Shown here one piece after another: positions 43,216 through 52,005 of a stretch of DNA of 64,000 nucleotides. Both the position numbers and the translations under genes were made by a program. The notes beneath the pieces were generated by a model. That model was not told the origin of the DNA, did not search any database, and saw only the letters and a program-made list of their open reading frames with translations. The stretch comes from a bacterium (GTDB lineage: Bacteria > Bacteroidota > Ignavibacteria > UBA10030): assembly GCA_043803945.1 (NCBI GenBank), contig JAZDJN010000061.1, positions 83,182 through 147,181 of the forward strand, in the 5' to 3' direction. The number at the start of each line of letters is the position of its first letter. The first letter of the stretch is position 1.

Positions 43216-43449
43216 ATTAAAGGATGGGAGAGAATGTTGAAATTGAGGTGAAAATCAAGGATTTATTGTTGAGTTAGTATTAAGAATTCTTATTTTTCGA
43301 GAAAACAGTTCACCTTTCTCTTACCTCTGCAATACCAATAATGAGAATATCCCATAATAGTGCGGATAATTAATGAATCATCATTTCTGAGTGAGTAGAT
43401 ATTCTATAGAAATGAAGAATAACTATTTCAACTACTGCCTATTGAAAAT

Positions 43450-43485
43450 AAAAAAGCGTGAAGCGAAAATCTCACTCCACGCTTT
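43450..43485 (-). terminator. Intrinsic terminator after multiheme gene 2
   Basis: AAAGCGTGAAG...CTCCACGCTTT hairpin with an A-run; resembles the terminator at 40845. Confidence 0.7.
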
Positions 43486-43506
43486 GAAAATACTAGACAG
43501 AACTGC

Positions 43507-46341
43507 TTATTTCATCAGCATCATCTTCTTCGATGCTGCGAAATCGCCAGCTTCGATGCGATAGAGATACACGCCGCTGCTGACGATGTTACCTCTGCTG
43601 TCTTTGCCATTCCATACGACATTCTTATAACCTGCTGTCATATGATCGTCAATGAGAGTGGCAATCTTATTACCATTGATGCTATAGATTGTCACCTTCA
43701 CCTGCGATTCCTTCGGCAATGCAAAGGAAATCTGCGTCGATGGATTGAATGGATTTGGATAGTTCTGATTGAGTGCAAACTCGGTTGGGATTCCCTGTTC
43801 GAGATCTGAGACTCCTGTCAGAACTGCACCTGATGTAGTATACGCACTCTGGTTGCCAGCATTGTCAACGGCTTTGATCTTGTAGACATAGCTGCCGGTT
43901 TGAACCAGCTTGTCGATATAGGTGAGGTCTTTGACGTTATCAGCGATTGGTGAGGAGGTCGCTGGGTCGAAATTCGCATTGGTACCACGATAGATAACAT
44001 ATTTTTCGATATCATCATCCACGGGTGATGGAGCATCCCAACGCAATGAGACCTGATTACGCAGCGATGCGGCAACAAATGCTGCCGGTGCGGTCGGTAC
44101 GATATTGTTAACGGAGTATCCGCTGTCGATTGGCGACATATAGGCAGTTGCATTATCTGCGCTGAGTCCGGCAACCATAAATTTCGTCCAGTACATTCCC
44201 TTGGTCTTTGTGGAATCGTAAATCGTCGGGACGATAACACCATATTGTGCCATTCCTATCGCACTGACTTCGGCAACTTGTGTCCAAACCATTCCAGCCA
44301 TAGTGAACTGATTTGAACCGGAGCCCGCTGATGCGAGCATATCGGAATAGTTCTTCACATTCTTCACAGTAGACGTTGAGAATGGGAATGGATCCTGACG
44401 ATAGACGACATACTTTATGACTTTACCGAAGGCAGCCTTTTCAGCCGGGAATTGATTCCATACAAGCTGTAAGCGCTTGCCATTGTCCGTTGGAACGTCG
44501 GCGATCGGAGATGCAATCTTCGCTGCACCGGCGCTAAGTTTCAATTGTTCGATGGAGGACTTTAACAATCCTTCGGCATATTTGAAGTTGTGCACACCAT
44601 AGCTAAGATCATAATCGACAAACTGATAATTGTACGCTGCGGCTTTTTCGGCAGTTGTCAATGGTCGTTTCAAAACACTTGGAACTCCGGTCCATCCCTG
44701 ATAGGTGTATGTATCAGTTGGATATATGTTTGTGATACCGGCAGAATCGCGTTTCGGCATCAATTTTCCCAGTTCTTCTAACATCTTCTTCGTCTTGTGC
44801 TGTGTTAACTCGACGAACTCCAGCGTCACAACACCATGACACTCTTTACAGCCAACATAATTCAGAACTGTATCACCCTTAGCCACTCCGCCTTTATACA
44901 CGACGTTGAAGGTATGGCCGCCAACTTTATTCAACAATGTATCCGGTTTTGCATATGTCGGATCGTAGGTAGGTGATGGTGCCATGTGGCATGCAACACA
45001 GCGCTCTTCGATTTTAGAATGCGAACTGTTTTCATATGTATAGCCGGGGAGTTCAAAACCAGAAACCAGACTAACGCTAGCTACAAGCTTGGATGTTGTC
45101 ATCTCAGGTGCATCTGCACCGAGAAGCATCGAGCCTTGATGAGCATGGTGTAAACCACGACTACTCATGCGAGTAATATGACATCCTGTGCATGCATCGG
45201 CAACGGTTTTTCGTCGCAGTTGATATTCATTTTTATTGTTATGAGGATCGTGACATGCCTGGCAAGTGATTCCTTCAGGATTCAGATAACTTACTTTTCC
45301 TGATGCCGGAACCGGCAGAGGATTGCCATTAATAATCACATCAACAAATCCCTGAGCAGTATGGCACTGGACGCATTCACCACGAGCTGTGTATTGGAAC
45401 TGAGCACCTTCAAATGTGGAAACTGCGTGGCCTGATGCTTCCCAGGAATATCCCTTAGGATGGCGATCTGAAGAATAATGGCAAGGAGCGCAGACATCTG
45501 ACGAGTAGGTAACATCAAGTTTAGTATTACCATGGACTGGAGATTTCACATGCTCGCTTGCAGGACCATGACAATTTTCGCACTGGATACCGCTCAATGC
45601 CATAACCTGTGGCTTAGCTGCAACCAATGAATCGTAAACTCCAGGATGATTGACCCCGGGAATTTTAAAATTGTTGAGCTTTACGAGATTGTTGTAGCTG
45701 CCATTAACCACTGTCGTGTCACTTGAGTAGCCTACTGAGTGGCAGGACATGCAGGATGCCGTGAAGTGGCCACCTGTTTCATCAAGCTTTCTGCGTACGG
45801 CAGTTGCATGGTTTGTCTTTTGCCAGTCAGTGAAAACTGATGGATTTAAATTATGGCAAGCACAATTCGGCGGAATGGTACCGATTGTAGCCGTACTGAG
45901 GCCAGCGCCAAGATAATTGGCAGCGACGACCTTCATTGTAGCTGCTGTCCCGATACCAGTCTTGGTGGTGGGAGTCATTGTAACAGTGTACTCTCCGGCT
46001 GCATTCGGTTTGAACCAGATAATAACTTTATTATTTCCAGCCACAAACTCGGTTGGTGTAACAGCGCCAAAAGGTCCTGAAATGGTCCATGTTGCACTGA
46101 CCATTTCTTCTAAGGTAGACGCATAAGCATCTAACAATCCTTTAGTAGCTTTTGCTTCCAGAACCACACGCTCAGAGACGCCTACTGTTCTTAAACTAGA
46201 TGTGCGTTCATTTGCGTTGGTTGATTTAAACCGGTCGGGAATACTTTTTACTTCGATCTTACCGGTAATTTGCGCGATAGCCATCCCGGTAAAAGCGACC
46301 AAAAGGATACATAAGACAGCAAATTTGTAACCCCGCATCAT
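43507..46341 (-). CDS. Secreted multiheme cytochrome c with extra Ig/FN3 domains and a T9SS-type C-terminal domain (paralog 2)
   Basis: GGAGG ribosome-binding site, signal ending in AIA-Q, 8 CxxCH plus 1 CxCH, DLSYGVHNFKYA, FN3-like LRW...YVIYRG...YKIKAVD, and a QNYPNPFNP C-terminal domain. Confidence 0.9.
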   Translation of the reverse strand: MMRGYKFAVLCILLVAFTGMAIAQITGKIEVKSIPDRFKSTNANERTSSLRTVGVSERVVLEAKATKGLLDAYASTLEEMVSATWTISGPFGAVTPTEFVAGNNKVIIWFKPNAAGEYTVTMTPTTKTGIGTAATMKVVAANYLGAGLSTATIGTIPPNCACHNLNPSVFTDWQKTNHATAVRRKLDETGGHFTASCMSCHSVGYSSDTTVVNGSYNNLVKLNNFKIPGVNHPGVYDSLVAAKPQVMALSGIQCENCHGPASEHVKSPVHGNTKLDVTYSSDVCAPCHYSSDRHPKGYSWEASGHAVSTFEGAQFQYTARGECVQCHTAQGFVDVIINGNPLPVPASGKVSYLNPEGITCQACHDPHNNKNEYQLRRKTVADACTGCHITRMSSRGLHHAHQGSMLLGADAPEMTTSKLVASVSLVSGFELPGYTYENSSHSKIEERCVACHMAPSPTYDPTYAKPDTLLNKVGGHTFNVVYKGGVAKGDTVLNYVGCKECHGVVTLEFVELTQHKTKKMLEELGKLMPKRDSAGITNIYPTDTYTYQGWTGVPSVLKRPLTTAEKAAAYNYQFVDYDLSYGVHNFKYAEGLLKSSIEQLKLSAGAAKIASPIADVPTDNGKRLQLVWNQFPAEKAAFGKVIKYVVYRQDPFPFSTSTVKNVKNYSDMLASAGSGSNQFTMAGMVWTQVAEVSAIGMAQYGVIVPTIYDSTKTKGMYWTKFMVAGLSADNATAYMSPIDSGYSVNNIVPTAPAAFVAASLRNQVSLRWDAPSPVDDDIEKYVIYRGTNANFDPATSSPIADNVKDLTYIDKLVQTGSYVYKIKAVDNAGNQSAYTTSGAVLTGVSDLEQGIPTEFALNQNYPNPFNPSTQISFALPKESQVKVTIYSINGNKIATLIDDHMTAGYKNVVWNGKDSRGNIVSSGVYLYRIEAGDFAASKKMMLMK

Positions 46342-46493
46342 AGTGCCTCCTTCAATTAGTAGGTTACTTATGTTAATGATATCCTGATCATTTTGGAGGG
46401 AAAGCTTTTGATCAGTGATGTTATTGTTAAAAAGTTCATTATCTTTATTTTCGTTGAGCAATTCTACACCTCACCCTAATCTCGATGAACATC

Positions 46494-46508
46494 TCAATAT
46501 TTATGCCG
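46494..46508 (-). promoter_or_regulatory. Putative sigma54 promoter of multiheme gene 2
   Basis: CGGCATAAATATTGA (GG-N10-GA); TTCTCA-AGAA-TTAGAA (46588-46603) and TTCTCA-CTTT-TTAGTA (46611-46626) upstream. Confidence 0.6.
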
Positions 46509-46784
46509 TTAAATAAATTGCCAAAATAGCTGAAAATGACACTCGTACTGCATTTAATCAATGGAATAGGCTATTATGAGATATCATTTCTCAAGAATTA
46601 GAAAGTGCTTTTCTCACTTTTTAGTATTTCGGAGTGCAATTCGGGGTTCATTTTGATCGCTAATAGAGGGACCGACAACAATCGATTAGGCTCAGAAAAT
46701 TACATCTTGGATGCAGAGAAATCTGATCAAGCCGCTTTATAGCACCTAGCCATCTATTAAAAATCCTTAATCAATTCCAAAAAG

Positions 46785-46840
46785 AAAAACCCATAAGGAA
46801 GCGATTATTCTTGGTTGAAATACCGCTTGACTTATGGGTT
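46785..46840 (-). terminator. Long hairpin/terminator after the HTH-small protein pair
   Basis: AACCCATAAG..AAGCG / CGCTT..CTTATGGGTT with an A-run. Confidence 0.6.
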
Positions 46841-46871
46841 CACTCACTGAAGGCTTCGGTACTTTCTGTTA

Positions 46872-47066
46872 TCAGAAGAGAAAGTTCACGCCATCAAATT
46901 CTGTCTCTGGCAGATCCGGAGGAAATGCTCCAAAATTTTTCAATGCAGATTCGTCATCTACGAAATGAAACGATTCTCCATTGATCTTCCGGATTTTATG
47001 CAAGAGAAGCAAAGACCCACCGACGGCTACAGCCATCGTTCCTAATATCCACCATCGTAACTTCAT
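46872..47066 (-). CDS. Small single-TM protein (64 aa)
   Basis: ATG with a purine-rich upstream region, an N-terminal hydrophobic helix, an acidic tail and a following terminator. Confidence 0.6.
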   Translation of the reverse strand: MKLRWWILGTMAVAVGGSLLLLHKIRKINGESFHFVDDESALKNFGAFPPDLPETEFDGVNFLF

Positions 47067-47160
47067 TGGTTTTTCTCTTTCTCTACAGCTCAGAATTTAC
47101 TATTCCATCACAGTGCTGTAGGTTCTTTGCTTTTTACTACGGACTGCAATCAATCGAGTT

Positions 47161-47418
47161 TCAGTTCAGCCTGCCGCTGACATCCAGGCCTTCCGTCTGT
47201 AATTCAGATTTTTCATCAACCTCTTCGATCGACAATTCACGCAATTTCCTGTATAACGACGACAAGCTGATGCCGAGCAGTTTGGCAACCTTGCGCTTAT
47301 CGTTTCCATTTACTTTTAAAGATTCAATAATGAGTGATCGTTCGTATACCCTGACTGAATCTTTAAGTGAACCTGCAACAAATATTTCATGTTCTGATTG
47401 TGTTCTTGGCCGCAGCAT
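47161..47418 (-). CDS. Stand-alone Fis-type HTH (HTH_8) protein
   Basis: AGGAG ribosome-binding site; SLKDSV..YERSLI..SL....[20 protein letters not shown]. Confidence 0.85.
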   Translation of the reverse strand: MLRPRTQSEHEIFVAGSLKDSVRVYERSLIIESLKVNGNDKRKVAKLLGISLSSLYRKLRELSIEEVDEKSELQTEGLDVSGRLN

Positions 47419-47487
47419 CGATTTCTCCTTAAGTGTTTTCTCGCATGGATTTTTGACTAAGGCCCAACTTCCTTGATGAAATCTAAG

Positions 47488-47502
47488 GCAAGTAATGTGC
47501 CA
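47488..47502 (-). promoter_or_regulatory. Near-consensus sigma54 promoter of the HTH gene
   Basis: TGGCACATTACTTGC; TTCTCT-AAGA-TTAGAA (47541-47556) and TTCCCG-GAAG-TGAGAA (47618-47633) upstream. Confidence 0.8.
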
Positions 47503-47828
47503 ATTAGGAAAAATTAATGTTGAGGGGATGAGGTGGGTTTTTCTCTAAGATTAGAAGACACGAAAAGAGGTGAACACCTCCTCAATGTTTATCTTTAAGA
47601 AGGCCTGCGCTCAGCCATTCCCGGAAGTGAGAATGAGCCCTTAAACTCAAACGAAAAGTCTAACCAAAGAGGGCACAAAGGACGGAAAGAACAGAAAGTG
47701 ACAGGGTGAAGGGAAAATTAAAATAATTCCACCGTTTTTCCTTTGCCGCCCGCAGCAGGTGTCCTTTGCGGTTGAAATTTAATCTCAACTCTTCAACCAA
47801 AGTCCAAGGATCTATCACACAGAGAAGT

Positions 47829-49196
47829 CTAGCGAGTCGGGATTTCGAGTTCTTCCATCTTCCGGTAGAGAGATGAAAGGCTGACACCGAGAGCATTTGC
47901 GGCACTCTCTTTATTCCTTTCATTCTCGGCGAGTACTCGCTCAATATAGGATTTCTCGAAATATTTGACCGCATCCCGCAGTGTTCGTTTGCCTATCTGT
48001 GGTCCGGTGGAAAACTTCGATGTATTCTGACGCAAAGAATCGGGCAAATGCTCCAGACCGATCATCGATGAATCGCAGAAGATCACTGCCCGCTCAATCA
48101 CATTTTCCAGCTCGCGAACCTCTCCCTTCCAATGATAGTTGATAAGAACGCTCATCGCTTCATTGGTAAAGCCGTGAATGGGACGGTTCATCTCTGCGCG
48201 GTAGATTTCAAGAAAATGCTGGCTGAGCAGCGGGACATCCTCGGGACGTTCCGTGAGCGAGGGTAGATTAATTTCTACAACATTCAATCGATAGTACAGG
48301 TCCTCACGGAATTTCTGGTTCTCCACTTCTTGATGAAGATTGCGATTGGTTGCTGCAATAATCCGTACATTCACATTAATCGGATCGGTCATACCAACCG
48401 GTGTAATTTCTTTCTGCTCGATTGCCCGCAGCAATTTTACCTGCAGGTGAAACGGAATCTCGCTGACTTCATCCAGAAAGACTGTCCCGCCATCGGCAAC
48501 TTTGAAGAGTCCTTCCTTATCGGTCGTAGCACCAGTAAACGATCCCTTCTTATGGCCGAAGAGTTCGCTCTCAAAGAGTGTCTCAACGATCGCTCCGCAG
48601 TTGATGGCTACGAATCGTTTATTCTGCCGGTTGCCATTATAGTGAATCGCGCGGGCGACAAGTTCTTTACCAGTTCCGCTTTTCCCGGTGATCAGGACAG
48701 TGCCTTCACTGGTGGCAACCCGGCGAATGATTTCAAATACACTGTTCATGCTCTGGCTTTGACCGATAATCTTGTCGAAGTCATACGTACGATTGAGTTC
48801 CTGCCGCAGCAAGCTGTTTTCCAGAACCAGTTCCTTGTGCTGAATGAGTTTCTTCACCCTGTGGATCAGGTCATCGAAATCGATCGGCTTTAAGACATAG
48901 TCGTATGCACCTTTACGCAATGCAGCGATGGCCGTCTCAATCGAGCCAAATGCTGTGATAATGATGACAAATGTCTGCGGTGTTCGCCTGGTAATTTGCT
49001 CCAGAAGCTCGACACCGCGGATCTCCGGCATCTCGATGTCTGTAATGACGACATCATAAGGCTCCCGCTCCTGCATCGTGATCGCCTCACGCCCATTCGC
49101 GGCCTCGGCCACGGTATATCCTTCTTTTCTCAGAATGAAGCTGAGCGATTCCCTGATAATCTGCTCGTCATCGACGACCATAATACGTGGTACCAT
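47829..49196 (-). CDS. NtrC/AtoC-family sigma54-dependent response regulator
   Basis: Receiver (VVDDE, TDIEMP, KP), [44 protein letters not shown] and a Fis HTH. Confidence 0.96.
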   Translation of the reverse strand: MVPRIMVVDDEQIIRESLSFILRKEGYTVAEAANGREAITMQEREPYDVVITDIEMPEIRGVELLEQITRRTPQTFVIIITAFGSIETAIAALRKGAYDYVLKPIDFDDLIHRVKKLIQHKELVLENSLLRQELNRTYDFDKIIGQSQSMNSVFEIIRRVATSEGTVLITGKSGTGKELVARAIHYNGNRQNKRFVAINCGAIVETLFESELFGHKKGSFTGATTDKEGLFKVADGGTVFLDEVSEIPFHLQVKLLRAIEQKEITPVGMTDPINVNVRIIAATNRNLHQEVENQKFREDLYYRLNVVEINLPSLTERPEDVPLLSQHFLEIYRAEMNRPIHGFTNEAMSVLINYHWKGEVRELENVIERAVIFCDSSMIGLEHLPDSLRQNTSKFSTGPQIGKRTLRDAVKYFEKSYIERVLAENERNKESAANALGVSLSSLYRKMEELEIPTR

Positions 49197-50606
49197 CTAT
49201 ACTCCTTTCACCGGAAAATATACTTCCATCGTTGTACCTGCTCCAGGTTGACTTTCAACGACGATATCACCGCCAAACTTTTTTACAATTCCATAGCTGA
49301 CCCAGAGTCCAAGCCCCGTGCCCTGCCCCACCTGTTTTGTGGTGAAGAAGGGTTCAAAGATTTTTTCCATATCCTCCTGCGAGATACCGCGGCCGCTGTC
49401 GCGCACCATCACTTCCACCCTGTCTGCAATATAACGGGTGTTGATCGTAATTGTGCCGGGCTTGCTTTCGAGAGCGTCAACGGCATTCATTAAAATGTTA
49501 ATGAACACCTGTGTGAGCTGGTCGGGAACGACGTTCAACAAGGGAAGGTTCTCTGCGAAGCTGAGGAGGAACTGGATGTTCTTCACTTTTTTCCCATACT
49601 GAACGATGTTTAACGCCTCGCGAACGATATGATTAATGTCCGTAGATTTAATCACATGAGTCGATGGCCGGGAAAAATCGACAAGGTCGCGGATAATGCG
49701 TGCGATGCGAGTGATCTGCTTTTTGATAAGCTCCAGTTTCTCTTTCGCCGCCTCGTCGTTCGTTGTGCGTTGAATGACCTGCACCAACGATGAGATGGAC
49801 GTCAGCGGATTGCCAACCTCGTGAGCAATGCCCGCGGCCAACGTTCCGATGCTCTCCATCCGCTGCGAACGCACCAACTGCTGCTCGAGCAGTTTCTGTT
49901 CGGTAATATCGCGGTGTGCACCTAAAAATCCTTTCACGACTCCGGCTGTATCGACGATGGGAGAGATGACCAACTCCGTGTGAAAAGGAGTTCCATCCCT
50001 CCTTAGGTTCTCAAGTTCTCCTACCCATACTTTTCCGGTCATGATATGTTCCCAAACAGATTTCCAGAATTCCCTGGAGTGCTTGCCGCTGCTCAGGATT
50101 CTTGGATTCTTCCCAATCAATTCCTCTTTTGAATAGCCGCTTGATTTTTCGAATGCCGGATTTACCATCACCATTCTGCCATTCGCGTCGGTGATCTGGA
50201 TGGGATTCACGGTATGCTGGACAACATTGGAAAAGCGGAGCAGATCCAACTCCTTCTTTTTCAGCTCAGTAATATCACGTGCAATGATTACCTGATATTT
50301 TTCCCCATGATCGTTCAAATGCCGGATATCAAGATCAACATCGAGAAACAGCTTATCCGTTTTTAGGAAGCGTGACTCGTACCCCTGGATCGTGCTGCCA
50401 TTCTGCAACACAGCCGAGAGTGCCTTCCAAGCGGTTTCTTCGACGATCTGCTCGAACGGGATCTGCCGTAAATCCTTATCCGAATAACCGGTTCCTTGGC
50501 ACGCTGCGAGATTCATATCGACTATTCTCAGTTGAGCGTCGAGAATGAAAATCATGTCGGGGAAGAGGTCAAACACCCGATCTATATTAATACTCGAAAT
50601 AGTCAC
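49197..50606 (-). CDS. Cytoplasmic PAS-PAS sensor histidine kinase
   Basis: Two PAS domains, AHEVGNPL, NAVDA, DSGRGI, FEPFFTTK and GTGLGL; no transmembrane segment visible. Confidence 0.93.
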   Translation of the reverse strand: MTISSINIDRVFDLFPDMIFILDAQLRIVDMNLAACQGTGYSDKDLRQIPFEQIVEETAWKALSAVLQNGSTIQGYESRFLKTDKLFLDVDLDIRHLNDHGEKYQVIIARDITELKKKELDLLRFSNVVQHTVNPIQITDANGRMVMVNPAFEKSSGYSKEELIGKNPRILSSGKHSREFWKSVWEHIMTGKVWVGELENLRRDGTPFHTELVISPIVDTAGVVKGFLGAHRDITEQKLLEQQLVRSQRMESIGTLAAGIAHEVGNPLTSISSLVQVIQRTTNDEAAKEKLELIKKQITRIARIIRDLVDFSRPSTHVIKSTDINHIVREALNIVQYGKKVKNIQFLLSFAENLPLLNVVPDQLTQVFINILMNAVDALESKPGTITINTRYIADRVEVMVRDSGRGISQEDMEKIFEPFFTTKQVGQGTGLGLWVSYGIVKKFGGDIVVESQPGAGTTMEVYFPVKGV

Positions 50607-50769
50607 AATTCGTCCTTTAGTGTTAAAAGGTACGGTAAGATTGCTCTATTGGCAAGCGTTTGACTCCGGAAGCTTTCAAGATTCAGCACGCATATTCTTT
50701 CTTGAAAAAACCGCAGGAGCCAGGAGAGAGTTCCGCAGGAAAGTGCGGTAGTGATCTATCAGTTAGTAC

Positions 50770-50813
50770 AAAACAAGGAAGTCCGGCCACACAACTTCAT
50801 GACCGGACTTCCT
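50770..50813 (-). terminator. Terminator after the PDZ gene
   Basis: AGGAAGTCCGG...CCGGACTTCCT 11-bp stem. Confidence 0.7.
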
Positions 50814-50833
50814 CTGGGTCAACATGAAGCAAC

Positions 50834-51835
50834 TTATATCTCTCGAATTACCTTAAGACGAACAGCTTTTTCAATCACTGGAGACAGATCCTTCTTCAAT
50901 CGGATGGTGGATTCCTGAATTCCATCCTTCATCTTTTCTATCTCAACTTTTAACTCATCAAGATCCGGCTCATTAATTTGAATGTGGCCGCTTGGAGCCA
51001 AACCTTGAAAACGTTTGGTTTGCGGAAACTTGAAGATTCTGATATTCGGGGCGGTTTTCTCATTGAAGTACATCAATCGATCTGCTGCAGATTCTTCTTC
51101 CTCAACCTCAAGCGTCAACACCTTCTTGACTCCTTTGCGAAGTACTTCAACATCTACTTTTTCACCGGGATCAAATGCACCCAGGGCCCGTGTGACATCG
51201 CGGATTTCATCAACGGTCTTTTTTCCTGCTTGCAGAATGACATCTCCTGCCTTGAAACCTGCCTTATCAGCAGCGCTCTCCTTTTCAACGTTTTCAACGA
51301 TGACTCCTTTGGAACCCTGCACACCAAAATATTCAGCAAGTTGTTCTTCAATTTCCCTCAACTGCATGCCTGAGATTGAGCTCGATGTAAAGATATTGAA
51401 ATGTGGCAAAGCAAAATTACCACCTTGCAAGACCACCGCCGCAGATTTTGGTTTTTTCCCAACGCTCACCGGCAATGTTTTCTTCTGTCCATCCCGGAGA
51501 ACAACGACATTGGTTTTTGTGCCAGGTGCAGTTTTGCCTACCTTCTCCTGAAGATCGTTGGAATCCTCAATCTTCTCGCCATTGAATTCAACGATGACAT
51601 CTTCTTCCTTGATTCCCGCTTCGGCCGCAGGACTTTTCTTCTCGACTTCGGCAACAAGAGCGCCATTCTCAGAATCCAATTTCATGGATTTCTTCAACTG
51701 CTTCGTGATATCCTGAATCGAAACACCAAGCCACCCTGATCCCGCTTTCTTTGTTACTTCAACTTTGGTTTGGGCAACCAAGCTGCCGCTGACAATCAGC
51801 AGCACCAAGAACAGTGTACCAATTTTCCATTTCAT
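50834..51835 (-). CDS. Exported tandem-PDZ protein lacking a protease domain
   Basis: Signal peptide; GWLGV..SPAAEAGIKEEDVI and SAADKAGFKAGDVI; no trypsin GNSGG. Confidence 0.85.
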   Translation of the reverse strand: MKWKIGTLFLVLLIVSGSLVAQTKVEVTKKAGSGWLGVSIQDITKQLKKSMKLDSENGALVAEVEKKSPAAEAGIKEEDVIVEFNGEKIEDSNDLQEKVGKTAPGTKTNVVVLRDGQKKTLPVSVGKKPKSAAVVLQGGNFALPHFNIFTSSSISGMQLREIEEQLAEYFGVQGSKGVIVENVEKESAADKAGFKAGDVILQAGKKTVDEIRDVTRALGAFDPGEKVDVEVLRKGVKKVLTLEVEEEESAADRLMYFNEKTAPNIRIFKFPQTKRFQGLAPSGHIQINEPDLDELKVEIEKMKDGIQESTIRLKKDLSPVIEKAVRLKVIREI

Positions 51836-51898
51836 TATAGTTTCCTCCTATCCTATAATAGTGTGATTCATTTTGGATTCTCTTTTGACCTTGACTTT

Positions 51899-51927
51899 TT
51901 AGACGACCGATGGATGCGGGATGTTCC
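51899..51927 (-). promoter_or_regulatory. Putative ECF-sigma promoter
   Basis: GGAAC-N17-CGTCTAA about 65 bp upstream of the PDZ gene. Confidence 0.55.
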
Positions 51928-52005
51928 TGGAAGGAAAATTAATTTATCACCCCGTTGGGACGAATGGGATAATTTGGGATAAGAGATACTATGCTAAAAA
52001 AGAGT

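Noticed and set aside
40906-46341. Calling the cytochromes NrfA nitrite reductase
   Set aside because: There is no CxxCK motif and no nrfH; heme number and domain layout differ.
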